DNA of 64,000 nucleotides from Leptospiraceae bacterium (GTDB lineage: Bacteria; Spirochaetota; Leptospiria; Leptospirales; Leptonemataceae), in NCBI GenBank assembly GCA_040217195.1, contig JAVJNR010000004.1, positions 896,001-960,000 on the forward strand. The letters run 5' to 3'. Of the stretch, positions 41,084 through 49,769 are shown piece after piece. Within the stretch, counting starts at the first letter, position 1; every line of letters begins with the position of its first letter. Position numbers and translations under genes: made by a program. The notes under the pieces were generated by a model. It did no database searches and was not told where the DNA came from. It worked only from the letters and a program-made list of their open reading frames with translations.

Positions 41084-42361
41084 CTATGCATCGAATGGTT
41101 CCATCAAAGGAGAAGTCATGCCTGAATAAAGTTTCAATACCTCCGGGCCCAGATTCACAGGGATATCCATTAGTGGATATCCGGACTGCTTCTCAAGAAA
41201 ACTCTTGATTCTTCGAGAAAAGGAGCCTCTTGCCAGAAGAAATTCCACTGAATTGTCCAGTCCATGGTGCGATGAAAAGTACAGCTCTTCGCAGATATTC
41301 TGCCACAGAGAGTGCATGGAGCCCTTCTTTAGACCGCCAAAGAGAGCACTGTAAGAGCCCTCCAGGTCTGCCTTTCCGGAGTAGCGAATAGACTGATTAA
41401 AATGATGAATCAGAATCTCCTGTGAACATTTCCTTTGAGATTCATAACTGCACCATCGCTCTTCTACCAGGGCGCGCAAGGTCTCTGTTACTACTAGAGC
41501 AATGGCCATATCCATACAGAGACTCTCCTGAGTATCCAGTATTCGAATTTCAATTGCATTTCTATCGAATCGTGCAATGGCGCCCCGTGCATTTACCCAT
41601 TCCTCCCGAAGAATCCCTTCTGCATCGTAGGGCTCCAGATCCTCATAGATTCGCCCTAGAACTTCCTCTTGATAGCGTTCCATTTCAAAGACTGGCTCTG
41701 GAATAACATCTCCCGAGATGGAAGGAATTCTAGCTGCATTATTGCGATACACTTCAAGACGATAATCTGCAAATCCGGTCCATTTGTTTTCGCAGATCGG
41801 CGAGCTGGCAGATAAAGCGGGCAATAGAGGCAACAGAACTCGAATCGCTGCCATTAATCTTCCAAACTCTTCATCATTCTTGAAAGGATAGTTGAGATGC
41901 ATACTTTGCAGATTGGACCATCCATGACCGGTGCAATCGAAGATACGATGGAACGTCTGGTAAATGGGCCCATTCTCCCCCGGCCACAGTTCCATCTCCC
42001 GGGGATTCATGAATGGATGCATTCCAGTACCCATCAAAGTGTATCCTCTCTGGTTCAGATCCTTGATCAGACCTTCAAGATCTCGACGAAAGAGTGGATA
42101 CGCATCGGCCACAGTCTTCGCCGGAGGTTCAGATTTTATTTCAAGGACGTGGGACACCAGTTCATTGGACCACGCTGTTCCGTCGAAATGCAATTCATCG
42201 ACCGATTTTCCATCCTTCTGCAGAATGGTAGCAACGTCAGAGCGGATGGATCTGCCGGCAAGATCCACAAGCATGTATTCCAGTTCTATGCCCAAAACTT
42301 CAAATAAACCATACGGCTGCATGGCCTCATCTTGGTCCCGGCTGCACATTGCCAAGTCCAA
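41084..42361 (-). CDS. glutamate-cysteine ligase (GCS2)-family carboxylate-amine ligase
   Basis: GIELEYMLVD, GMHP, SMHLN, LSASSP, RFDRNAIEIR.LD. Start may be 42350 or 42323. Confidence 0.88.
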   Translation of the reverse strand: MDLAMCSRDQDEAMQPYGLFEVLGIELEYMLVDLAGRSIRSDVATILQKDGKSVDELHFDGTAWSNELVSHVLEIKSEPPAKTVADAYPLFRRDLEGLIKDLNQRGYTLMGTGMHPFMNPREMELWPGENGPIYQTFHRIFDCTGHGWSNLQSMHLNYPFKNDEEFGRLMAAIRVLLPLLPALSASSPICENKWTGFADYRLEVYRNNAARIPSISGDVIPEPVFEMERYQEEVLGRIYEDLEPYDAEGILREEWVNARGAIARFDRNAIEIRILDTQESLCMDMAIALVVTETLRALVEERWCSYESQRKCSQEILIHHFNQSIRYSGKADLEGSYSALFGGLKKGSMHSLWQNICEELYFSSHHGLDNSVEFLLARGSFSRRIKSFLEKQSGYPLMDIPVNLGPEVLKLYSGMTSPLMEPFDA

Positions 42362-42458
42362 AAGTTATTTCAATCTCCGCCGAAAAAAGGCAACCGCTTG
42401 ACCGAATTCAGGAGCGGCTTTAAACCTTGCAGACTAAATCCGGATGAGGGAGGAAATA

Positions 42459-42971
42459 ATGAACAAATGGTTACTAACTCTCCTGCTGGGGCTGGGCACT
42501 GTAATGGTTGCAAGTCCGCTGATAGCAGAGTCAGAAGAAGAAACAGAAGAAGTTGAAGAAGTGGAAGAAGTGGAAGAGGAGCTGGAGGAAGCGGAAGAGA
42601 AGCTAGAAAAAGCCACCGGCCTGGAACGGAAGATTCAACGACTAAACGAAATTGCGGATAAACTGGAAGCGAAAGGCAAGACAGAGCAGGCAGCCCGGTT
42701 AAGAGAGAAAATCAAACAGGCAGAGACCAAACTGGCAGAAAAGAAAGAGCGCATTGAAAAAAGGCGCGAAATGCTCAAAGAGAAGAAAGCCAAAAAGGAT
42801 AAAGAGAAAGGCAAGCCTGGTGATAAGGGAAAACCCGATGATGCTGGACCACCAGATGGAAAGGGAAAACCAGACCATGCCGGACCGCCGGATGGAAAGG
42901 GAAAGCCTGATCAGGCCGGTCCACCGGATGGTAAAGGTAAACCTGATCATGCTGGACCCAAAAACAAATAG
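42459..42971 (+). CDS. secreted Glu-rich coiled-coil protein with 12-aa C-terminal repeats
   Basis: GGGAGG RBS before ATG 42459, signal peptide, EEETEEVEEVEEVEEELEEAEE tract, then (GKPDxAGPPDGK) repeats. Confidence 0.8.
   Translation: MNKWLLTLLLGLGTVMVASPLIAESEEETEEVEEVEEVEEELEEAEEKLEKATGLERKIQRLNEIADKLEAKGKTEQAARLREKIKQAETKLAEKKERIEKRREMLKEKKAKKDKEKGKPGDKGKPDDAGPPDGKGKPDHAGPPDGKGKPDQAGPPDGKGKPDHAGPKNK
42828..42959 (+). repeat. intragenic 36-bp tandem repeat (3 full + 1 partial) encoding GKPDxAGPPDGK
   Basis: Units start at 42828, 42864, 42900 and 42936; differences are mostly at synonymous positions. Confidence 0.9.
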
Positions 42972-42990
42972 TGTAAATCAGGAGAGGATC

Positions 42991-43146
42991 ATGTACAAGA
43001 AACTTACATTTTTGATGCTATTAAGCCTGGCGCCCATCTGGCTGCACTGCCCGGAGGAGCAGCCCAAACCGGAAGAAGTAAAGATTACTCCGGAAAATGC
43101 AGAGCAAGAAGCAGAAAAGCTTCTGGAAGAGATTGACCGACTATAG
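42991..43146 (+). CDS. 51-aa acidic lipoprotein
   Basis: GGAGAGG RBS, MYKKLTFLMLLSLAPIWLHC lipobox, Glu-rich mature peptide. It is the tail of track ORF 42754-43146. Confidence 0.75.
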   Translation: MYKKLTFLMLLSLAPIWLHCPEEQPKPEEVKITPENAEQEAEKLLEEIDRL

Positions 43147-43154
43147 TTACCCTC

Positions 43155-43180
43155 CCCCCGGTAACCAGCCGGGGGATTTT
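43155..43180 (+). terminator. intrinsic terminator hairpin between convergent genes
   Basis: CCCCCGG-taaccag-CCGGGGG followed by ATTTT. Confidence 0.7.
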
Positions 43181-43226
43181 CCTCTGCCAGCATTACAATT
43201 TGAAGGATTCGATTGTTCGCTTCCTT

Positions 43227-44711
43227 TTACCAGGGCTCAATTTCATAAGATCGCTTACCTTCAGTTCTTTGCTGTACGCGCCGTAGAAAGTCATCCATGA
43301 TAATACGATATAAGTCCTGACCCAGGATTTCGTCCTCGCAATCTCCATCAATACTTGGGTTATCGTTTATTTCAATAATATAGGCCTTGCCATCCGTATA
43401 CTTCAAATCCACACCATAGAGCCCATCGCCAATCAGGTTCGCTGCTCGAAGAGCTGTTTTAACTACATCGGAAGGAGCATCTTCCACTGACATACATTCC
43501 ACGTCTCCATAAGCAGAATTACCGGACTCATCCTTGTTCATGACCTGCCAGTGGCCACTGGCCATATAATATTTGCAGACGTACAATGCCTTGCGGTTCA
43601 GAATCCCTACTCTCCAGTCAAATTCAGTAGGCAAAAATTCCTGGGCAATGAACAGATCTGATTTTCCCAGTATTCGTTCGGATTGCTCTCTCAAGCTTTC
43701 AGCGTCCCGAGCCTTCACAACTCCCTGGGAAAAGGAACTGTCCGGTTGCTTCAAAATCAATGGAAATCCCAGTCCATTTTCCAGTTCGTTCAGGTTTCCG
43801 CGATGAGCAATCATCGTTCTAGGTGTTCTGATTTTATAGCGGGAAAGTAGTTCAGCGAGATATACTTTATTTGTACATCTAAGAATGCTCAATGGATCAT
43901 CGATGACCACCAGACCTTCGCCCAATCCTTTTCGAGCGAACCGATAGGTATGATGATTTACAGCAGTAGTTTCTCGGATAAATAATGCGTCAAACTCCGA
44001 AAGCCTTCCATAGTCCTCCCGGGTCAAGAATTCCACATAGAAGCCTCGCTCCTCTGCCGCTTTTTGAAAACGATGCAATGCAGTACTGTCTGAAGGGGGC
44101 TGCTCTTCCTCCGGATTGGAAAGTATGGCCATATCGTACCTGGGCACCGCTCGCCGGCCCTGAAATCTCTTGCGCGAAAAGAATTCTATTGCCTGAGTTC
44201 TTGCGAACTCCTGGTGGTCCTCCGGCACTTCTCCGGCCGGAATTGCATTGATTCCTCGAATCATCCATCGCTGGTTCTTTCGCCAGAACTGTACTCGTAG
44301 AAAGGGCGATGGAAATAGCCGAAAGAGACGACCACAGAGCTTTTCATACCTTGCAGCCAGATTGTGACCGAAGTATACGCTGAGAGTAAATTCATCGGAT
44401 TGCAATGGCTTAAGACTGCTCTGTATAATCTCATCCAGCTCCTCGGTATAGTTTCGAATTATGGACTGATTTTTTAGATCCTGAATTGTAGAAACGGCCG
44501 GTAACGGCTTTTGTCCCCGGGCTGCAGCCAGCAAAGAAACATAATACCCGGTGCTCTGGTATTTATAGGAACGACACAGATTGAAGACTCGAATCCCTCT
44601 TAGCTCACTGTAGCGATTATCCGTTAAATAAGAACGGGCATCCACCACTTCAATCCCTGGAATCTTCTGAAGCCAATCTAGCTTCTGGCTTACTACAGCG
44701 ATGGCCTGCAT
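43227..44711 (-). CDS. RimK-family ATP-grasp ligase with RLAN-type N-terminal domain
   Basis: NLCRSYKYQSTGYYVSLLA N-terminal domain; CTNKVYL, LKQPDSSFS.GV, QEF, YGVD, IEINDNP. Confidence 0.9.
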   Translation of the reverse strand: MQAIAVVSQKLDWLQKIPGIEVVDARSYLTDNRYSELRGIRVFNLCRSYKYQSTGYYVSLLAAARGQKPLPAVSTIQDLKNQSIIRNYTEELDEIIQSSLKPLQSDEFTLSVYFGHNLAARYEKLCGRLFRLFPSPFLRVQFWRKNQRWMIRGINAIPAGEVPEDHQEFARTQAIEFFSRKRFQGRRAVPRYDMAILSNPEEEQPPSDSTALHRFQKAAEERGFYVEFLTREDYGRLSEFDALFIRETTAVNHHTYRFARKGLGEGLVVIDDPLSILRCTNKVYLAELLSRYKIRTPRTMIAHRGNLNELENGLGFPLILKQPDSSFSQGVVKARDAESLREQSERILGKSDLFIAQEFLPTEFDWRVGILNRKALYVCKYYMASGHWQVMNKDESGNSAYGDVECMSVEDAPSDVVKTALRAANLIGDGLYGVDLKYTDGKAYIIEINDNPSIDGDCEDEILGQDLYRIIMDDFLRRVQQRTEGKRSYEIEPW

Positions 44712-45479
44712 CTACTTGCGAGCTCCCTTTTTCTCAAGAATCAGTAAATTTGCATCATACGTTAGAATGCCTAGAAGAATGGAATTGATTAGCCTATCCA
44801 TATTGACTGGATATAGATGTCCAGGTGAGAGAGGCGAAGGCTTGTAAGGATCGGCCACCAGAACTTTCCGATCTTCTTTATTATAACCACAAAGAACTAC
44901 AAAGTGACCTGAAGGAACACCACGCACATCATCATAGTCGTAGTCCTCTGCGTCGCCATATTCCCTGGGCGACCGATACAGATATGTAGAACTCAATCCG
45001 GTCAGTATGGGAATCTTCTTTTTGAGAAATCCTCGAATTAGAGAAGGGCTCAAATCCTCGAGAAAGAGACGGCCTCCACCATCCAGAAATTCCAGGTAAG
45101 CCTGAGTGGCAAATTCCAGTTTGGCATTTTCCTTGGCCTCTGTCTGAGCCTGGAGTTTTAGCCTGAATTCATCTGAATCGAGACCAAACCAGGTGGGATC
45201 GAATACCTGAAGATTGTAGGTGTAAATGGTAGCGGAAAATCCGCTTCGCAATGCATGGCAGCCAAGCTGTACAGCAAGAGTGCCCCCTTCTCGAAGGTAG
45301 GCAACTTCTGAAATCAATTCCTGCAGATCCTTTTCCAGTCCAAAGTATCTATACACCGCCTGCAGGCAGGTTGGCCCACAGCTGTAGTCATCTGGCTGCT
45401 GCTGAATTTGCAGTCTCAGCAATTCATCCATGGGTGGAAATTCTACGGTCATTCTTCGCGCAAAGCGAACGGAACGCAC
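44712..45479 (-). CDS. peptidase C39-like cysteine protease
   Basis: QPDDYSCGPTCL (catalytic Cys) and GHFVVLCGY...VADP; abuts the RimK start. Confidence 0.85.
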   Translation of the reverse strand: MRSVRFARRMTVEFPPMDELLRLQIQQQPDDYSCGPTCLQAVYRYFGLEKDLQELISEVAYLREGGTLAVQLGCHALRSGFSATIYTYNLQVFDPTWFGLDSDEFRLKLQAQTEAKENAKLEFATQAYLEFLDGGGRLFLEDLSPSLIRGFLKKKIPILTGLSSTYLYRSPREYGDAEDYDYDDVRGVPSGHFVVLCGYNKEDRKVLVADPYKPSPLSPGHLYPVNMDRLINSILLGILTYDANLLILEKKGARK

Positions 45480-45615
45480 ATGCTGTCAACTCAAACTGAG
45501 TCAGCCGATTTTTGGCAGAACGTTTTAGCACCTGCATCACATTTCAAGCTTCCGCCGCAATGCTACCGCCCGGGAACCGGTTTACGATAGACCTTCCGTT
45601 CATCATATTGACTGA

Positions 45616-47010
45616 ATGGTACTGGATTTTCGAAGGATCAAGGAACGAGGCTGGTCATTTCGTCTGACCTGGGATCTATTCATGATATTCATCGCGGTAA
45701 TCAACCTGCTGATGATTCTATTTGACCTGACCTATTTTGTATTTCGACCCCGGTACAATGCAATGGCCCCGGAGCTTGTGCAGTTGTATGACCCTTTAAA
45801 AGGAGTGGAATCCAATCCTGAGTTTGAGGCTTACCGCTCATCCGCCATTCGCTATTTTCAAGAATCGGATGCAGCCGTCCGGGACTCACTACAGAAGGAA
45901 CTTTCCCTGCTTTCTGAAGAACTGGGCACTACTTACCGAGATTTCTTTCAGCAAACCGGCCAATGGCAGATGGTTCGCGAAATGACTGCAACGATGCATG
46001 CTTCTCTGCCGCAGTCCAAACAACTTATCTCAACAAGACAATATCGCCTCCAGGATGTGGGCCCCGTTTTCTGGACAGAGCTGGATCAACAAAAACAACA
46101 AGAAGTATTCCAGAATGTAATCGAGCCAACGCTTCAGAATCTATTCTACCGAAATCGTCAATTAGATGGTAGTTTCGTAGACCGATTCATTCTGCTCGAT
46201 GCTCCATTCTTGCTCCTATTTCTTCTGGAATTTCTGGGTAGGTGGATTTATACAATTCGAAAACGGTATATTGAACGCTGGTGGCTTTTTCCCATCTACA
46301 ACTGGTACGATATCCTGGGCTTGATCCCTTTTGCCTACTTTCGCATCTTTCGACTTGTAAGGATTCTTTCTATTTATATTCGACTGCATAGAAGCGAGCT
46401 AACGACAGTAGGTCAGGATATTTTCAGTCGAACATTTAAGAGATACTCGAATATTCTCACCGAAGAGCTTTCTGATCGGGTGGCGGTGCGATTGCTTACA
46501 GAAATTCAGTCAGAAATCCGCGGAGGAGCCTCCCTGGATATCATTGTGCAGGCATTGCGAGAAAACAAAGAGCCCCTCAAAGAAATTGTAATTGAAACTC
46601 TGCAAAACTTCAGTGCGGATTCCCCTGCCCTGGATGAAACCAGGCGACTGCTTGAGAAAAGTCTGGATCGCGCCGCGCTAAACGTTCCCTCATTACGCTT
46701 TGTTCCAGATTTCATCAAATCCAGGCTCACCAGGGAAATTGGCCTGGCTGTATTTGATGCCATGAATGAAAGTATGGTGGAGGCCTGGCAGAACGAAGTG
46801 GGAGCTCAGCTCATTTCCGAGGCGATTGATTTTGCTCTGGAGGAAATGAATCATCCTACAACAGGTCAGAAAGCGGATGCTTTATACAGAGAAGTGGCCG
46901 TGGAAGTGGTGGAAAATCTCAAAGAGGCTGTGGCTGTAAAACAATGGGCTCAGGAAAAACCGAAGGATTCCCGGACGCTTGACTCATCAGGGGATGGCGA
47001 CAATCTCTGA
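45616..47010 (+). CDS. ion-transport (voltage-sensor-like) domain membrane protein without a pore
   Basis: S1 WDLFM, S2 FLLEFLGRW, S3 WYDILGLIP, S4 FRIFRLVRIL..YIRLHR; soluble helical C-terminus. Confidence 0.65.
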   Translation: MVLDFRRIKERGWSFRLTWDLFMIFIAVINLLMILFDLTYFVFRPRYNAMAPELVQLYDPLKGVESNPEFEAYRSSAIRYFQESDAAVRDSLQKELSLLSEELGTTYRDFFQQTGQWQMVREMTATMHASLPQSKQLISTRQYRLQDVGPVFWTELDQQKQQEVFQNVIEPTLQNLFYRNRQLDGSFVDRFILLDAPFLLLFLLEFLGRWIYTIRKRYIERWWLFPIYNWYDILGLIPFAYFRIFRLVRILSIYIRLHRSELTTVGQDIFSRTFKRYSNILTEELSDRVAVRLLTEIQSEIRGGASLDIIVQALRENKEPLKEIVIETLQNFSADSPALDETRRLLEKSLDRAALNVPSLRFVPDFIKSRLTREIGLAVFDAMNESMVEAWQNEVGAQLISEAIDFALEEMNHPTTGQKADALYREVAVEVVENLKEAVAVKQWAQEKPKDSRTLDSSGDGDNL

Positions 47011-47012
47011 CC

Positions 47013-47183
47013 ATGCGCATAGTAAAAATGAAAGACGGAAAGAACTTTGGGATTGCGGATCTCTCCTTCAAGGACTTGAAAGTAATCAAGGATGCCTGTG
47101 CACTCTACGGAACTCAGGGCTCCGTCCATGGAAAAAAGATTGCAGAGGAAATCGAAAAAGCCATGGAAAAAATTGAGATCTGA
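47013..47183 (+). CDS. 56-aa hypothetical protein (absent from the ORF track)
   Basis: ATG 2 nt after the upstream stop; translates as MRIVKMKDGKNFGIADLSFKDLKVIKDACALYGTQGSVHGKKIAEEIEKAMEKIEI. Confidence 0.7.
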   Translation: MRIVKMKDGKNFGIADLSFKDLKVIKDACALYGTQGSVHGKKIAEEIEKAMEKIEI

Positions 47184-47257
47184 CCTGGGAGTTACTACTA
47201 TAGAAATCCCGGGAGTGGAATGAACATCCGGAGAAAGGGAGTCGTCTAATTTGCGTT

Positions 47258-48178
47258 ATGCTGTACTCTTATAAATTGGGCTCAAAAACGAAGGTTGCCC
47301 TGTGGGCCCTTTTCCTGTGCTTTGTTCAGGTTTCCTCGCTCCAGGCCGAGCAGACCGAAAATTCAGAACGTCAATCCCCAACTGAAGAGGAAGAATCTGT
47401 CCAGGATAGGCCGGACAATTCGCAGCCAGAAGAAGATCATCGGAACACCGATACAGTTCTGCCGGTGCAGGCTCCTGCTCCCATGGGTTTTCATAAAGAT
47501 CGAATGAGCATCAGTCTGCTTTTTGGAGCTCCCATTTCTGCTCCGTCCGGAAGCTTTATCAGCCATGAAAAGAGCTACGATAATTATCTGCTTTATCAGA
47601 TTGAGGGAGGGCAGATAGCTACAGATCTTCTGGGCCAGCAGGCACGGTACTACAACCCTTCCTATGATTCCGGTGCCATGTTTATTTCCGATCTGGAGGC
47701 TGCATTCGCCCGAAACTTTGGCGGCGGAGTCTCCTTTCTATTCTCCAGTGTATCCACCCGGCGGCAGGATGTTCTTCCCTGGAAGGATTCCAGCGATCGA
47801 TACATCATGAATTATCCTGAAGACCGGGTTCTGTACTCGGAAGGGGCCCTGCTGGGATTTCTCAGCTATCATCCCATTTCCGAAAGTAGATTCGATCCCT
47901 ACATAAAGCTCAGAGCCGGAATCACATTCGTTCACGGCTATTCCCATCAATACACAATTCCGGATCCCTATACATTTGAAACAGATATAAATAATGGCAG
48001 AGGATCCATCTATGGAGCCTCCCTGGGTGTTAATGTTTATCTGAACCAGTATTCTGCTTTAACGTTAGAATTCACGTCCATCGGCCGCAGCATTTCCGCC
48101 GATCAATTCAGTAATCGTACTTTGAATAATGACTATCTAAGTGTTGGAATTACCCTGGGCTTTATGGGAAATAATTAG
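47258..48178 (+). CDS. outer-membrane beta-barrel protein (OmpW/OmpA-like 8-strand)
   Basis: Signal peptide, FDPYIKLRAG and amphipathic strands ending LSVGITLGF. Confidence 0.65.
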   Translation: MLYSYKLGSKTKVALWALFLCFVQVSSLQAEQTENSERQSPTEEEESVQDRPDNSQPEEDHRNTDTVLPVQAPAPMGFHKDRMSISLLFGAPISAPSGSFISHEKSYDNYLLYQIEGGQIATDLLGQQARYYNPSYDSGAMFISDLEAAFARNFGGGVSFLFSSVSTRRQDVLPWKDSSDRYIMNYPEDRVLYSEGALLGFLSYHPISESRFDPYIKLRAGITFVHGYSHQYTIPDPYTFETDINNGRGSIYGASLGVNVYLNQYSALTLEFTSIGRSISADQFSNRTLNNDYLSVGITLGFMGNN

Positions 48179-48259
48179 CCAGGGTATCGGAAGCTTCTGC
48201 GAATTTCCTGGCAGAGCGATTCAGAATAACTATGAAACAATCTTCCTTCCGGGTGGCAT

Positions 48260-49591
48260 TCACTGAATGCCTCGCTGGAGCTTCTGACCATACTTTTCGT
48301 TGATCTGGTCCATGGTATATTCCAGTTTTTGATCCCTGGCCAGGTTCTTTCCTTCCTCAAGGATGGAGTCCGATCTGGAGTAGCCATCGTTTTGATTCTT
48401 TTTCCCTCCTCTGTTGCGCGAAGCCTGCGAATCCGCTGAGGAGTTTGCACTGGAATAGTTGGCCCGGTCCGTTTTCTTTGATCCGGCATTGGCTACAGGC
48501 TCAGGTTCCAGAAATTCAGTGGAAAAAAGGTCCGGCTGGGATTCGGACTCAGCATGAGAGATTTGGACTCCCAGAAGTCGAATGCTTCGTCCATCTCTGG
48601 TTTTATCAATTTCTTCCCAGAGCTGCAGAGCCAGAGCACGCAGACCAGTTTCTGTAATCACCGGCATGGCAACGGTGCGACTTCGGGTATGGGTTTCGAA
48701 TCCAGTATATCGGAATTTTAAAGTAATCGTTCTTCCTCGAAATCCAGTCTTTCTAACACGGTAGGATAGTTCCCGGCAAAGCTTCAATAGGGCCAGCCGA
48801 AGGGCTTCGGACTCGAATAGATCCTTGCCAAAGGTCCTTTCTTCTCCAATGGACTTCCTTTCGCGATGGGGCTGAACTCCTCGCGGATCTTCGGCCCTTG
48901 CCAGTGCCATCAAATGCTGCCAGTGCTTGCCCCGTCCAGCGCCTGGAAGTCTGGAGGGCTCTCGCATGGCGATATCCCCAATTGTAAAGATGCCACTGTC
49001 TTTCAATTGCTTGCAGGTTCTGGGACCGGCTCCCCAGAGTCGTTCCACAGGCAAGGGAGCCAGAAAATCCTTCTCGGTACCCGGGGCTACGACTACGAGA
49101 CCGTCTGGTTTGCGTAAGTCGGATGCGATCTTGGCCACGAATTTGATAGCAGAAATGCCAATGGATACAGTTAATCTGGTTTCACGGCGAACATCTGCTT
49201 TTATCTGTTTTCCCAGGGACTCATCATTACCAAAAAGTCGTTCGGTACCTGAACAATCCAGGAATGCTTCATCCAGACTCAAGGGCTCAATAGCCGGCGA
49301 ATATCGACTAAATATCTCCATGATCTGTTCAGAGAATTCAATGTATCGATCCATTCTAGGCGGGACGAATACGGCTTCAGGACACAGGGAATAGGCTCTG
49401 GAAACAGGCATGGCCGACCGGATGCCAAATTTTCGAGCTATATAATTACATGTGGATACTACGCCTCTACCCTGACCTTTTCGGGGATCAGCACCCACGA
49501 CCAGAGGAACATCTTTCCATTCCGGATGGTCCAGCTCCTCCACCGCAGCATAGAAAGCATCCATGTCAGCATGCAGAATCCTTCGGGCCAT
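48260..49591 (-). CDS. dinB: DNA polymerase IV
   Basis: HADMDAFYAAVE, SLDEAFLD, AKIASD.RKPDG, and beta-clamp motif QPDLF. Confidence 0.95.
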   Translation of the reverse strand: MARRILHADMDAFYAAVEELDHPEWKDVPLVVGADPRKGQGRGVVSTCNYIARKFGIRSAMPVSRAYSLCPEAVFVPPRMDRYIEFSEQIMEIFSRYSPAIEPLSLDEAFLDCSGTERLFGNDESLGKQIKADVRRETRLTVSIGISAIKFVAKIASDLRKPDGLVVVAPGTEKDFLAPLPVERLWGAGPRTCKQLKDSGIFTIGDIAMREPSRLPGAGRGKHWQHLMALARAEDPRGVQPHRERKSIGEERTFGKDLFESEALRLALLKLCRELSYRVRKTGFRGRTITLKFRYTGFETHTRSRTVAMPVITETGLRALALQLWEEIDKTRDGRSIRLLGVQISHAESESQPDLFSTEFLEPEPVANAGSKKTDRANYSSANSSADSQASRNRGGKKNQNDGYSRSDSILEEGKNLARDQKLEYTMDQINEKYGQKLQRGIQ

Positions 49592-49628
49592 AAGACACAG
49601 TTTTCCTGATGTAATGATTTGCCAATAA

Positions 49629-49656
49629 CTAAACAGACGACTAGTAACTGTTTTAG
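49629..49656 (-). promoter_or_regulatory. candidate SOS/LexA-type operator upstream of dinB
   Basis: Imperfect inverted repeat CTAAACAG...CTGTTTTAG, made of two overlapping CTA-N10-TAG 16-mers, 38-65 bp upstream of the dinB ATG. Confidence 0.4.
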
Positions 49657-49769
49657 GTCAGACCGAAGTCACCAGGCTCAGCTGAATGACGAACGAAAAG
49701 GATGGATACCCCCAGGATCTATAGCTACTCGAACTCTCTGGCCTGGGCTGAGAAACCTGAAGAGCAACT

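Noticed and set aside
42828..42959. 36-bp periodicity suggesting a CRISPR array
   Set aside because: The units are contiguous with no spacers, in frame, and vary mainly at synonymous sites; no cas genes are present.
42754..42990. N-terminal part of track ORF 42754-43146
   Set aside because: It is an alternative frame over the repeat gene; the real gene starts at ATG 42991 with an RBS and signal peptide.
46979..47176. 65-aa track ORF
   Set aside because: It overlaps the upstream gene and has an unnatural composition; 47013-47183 fits better.
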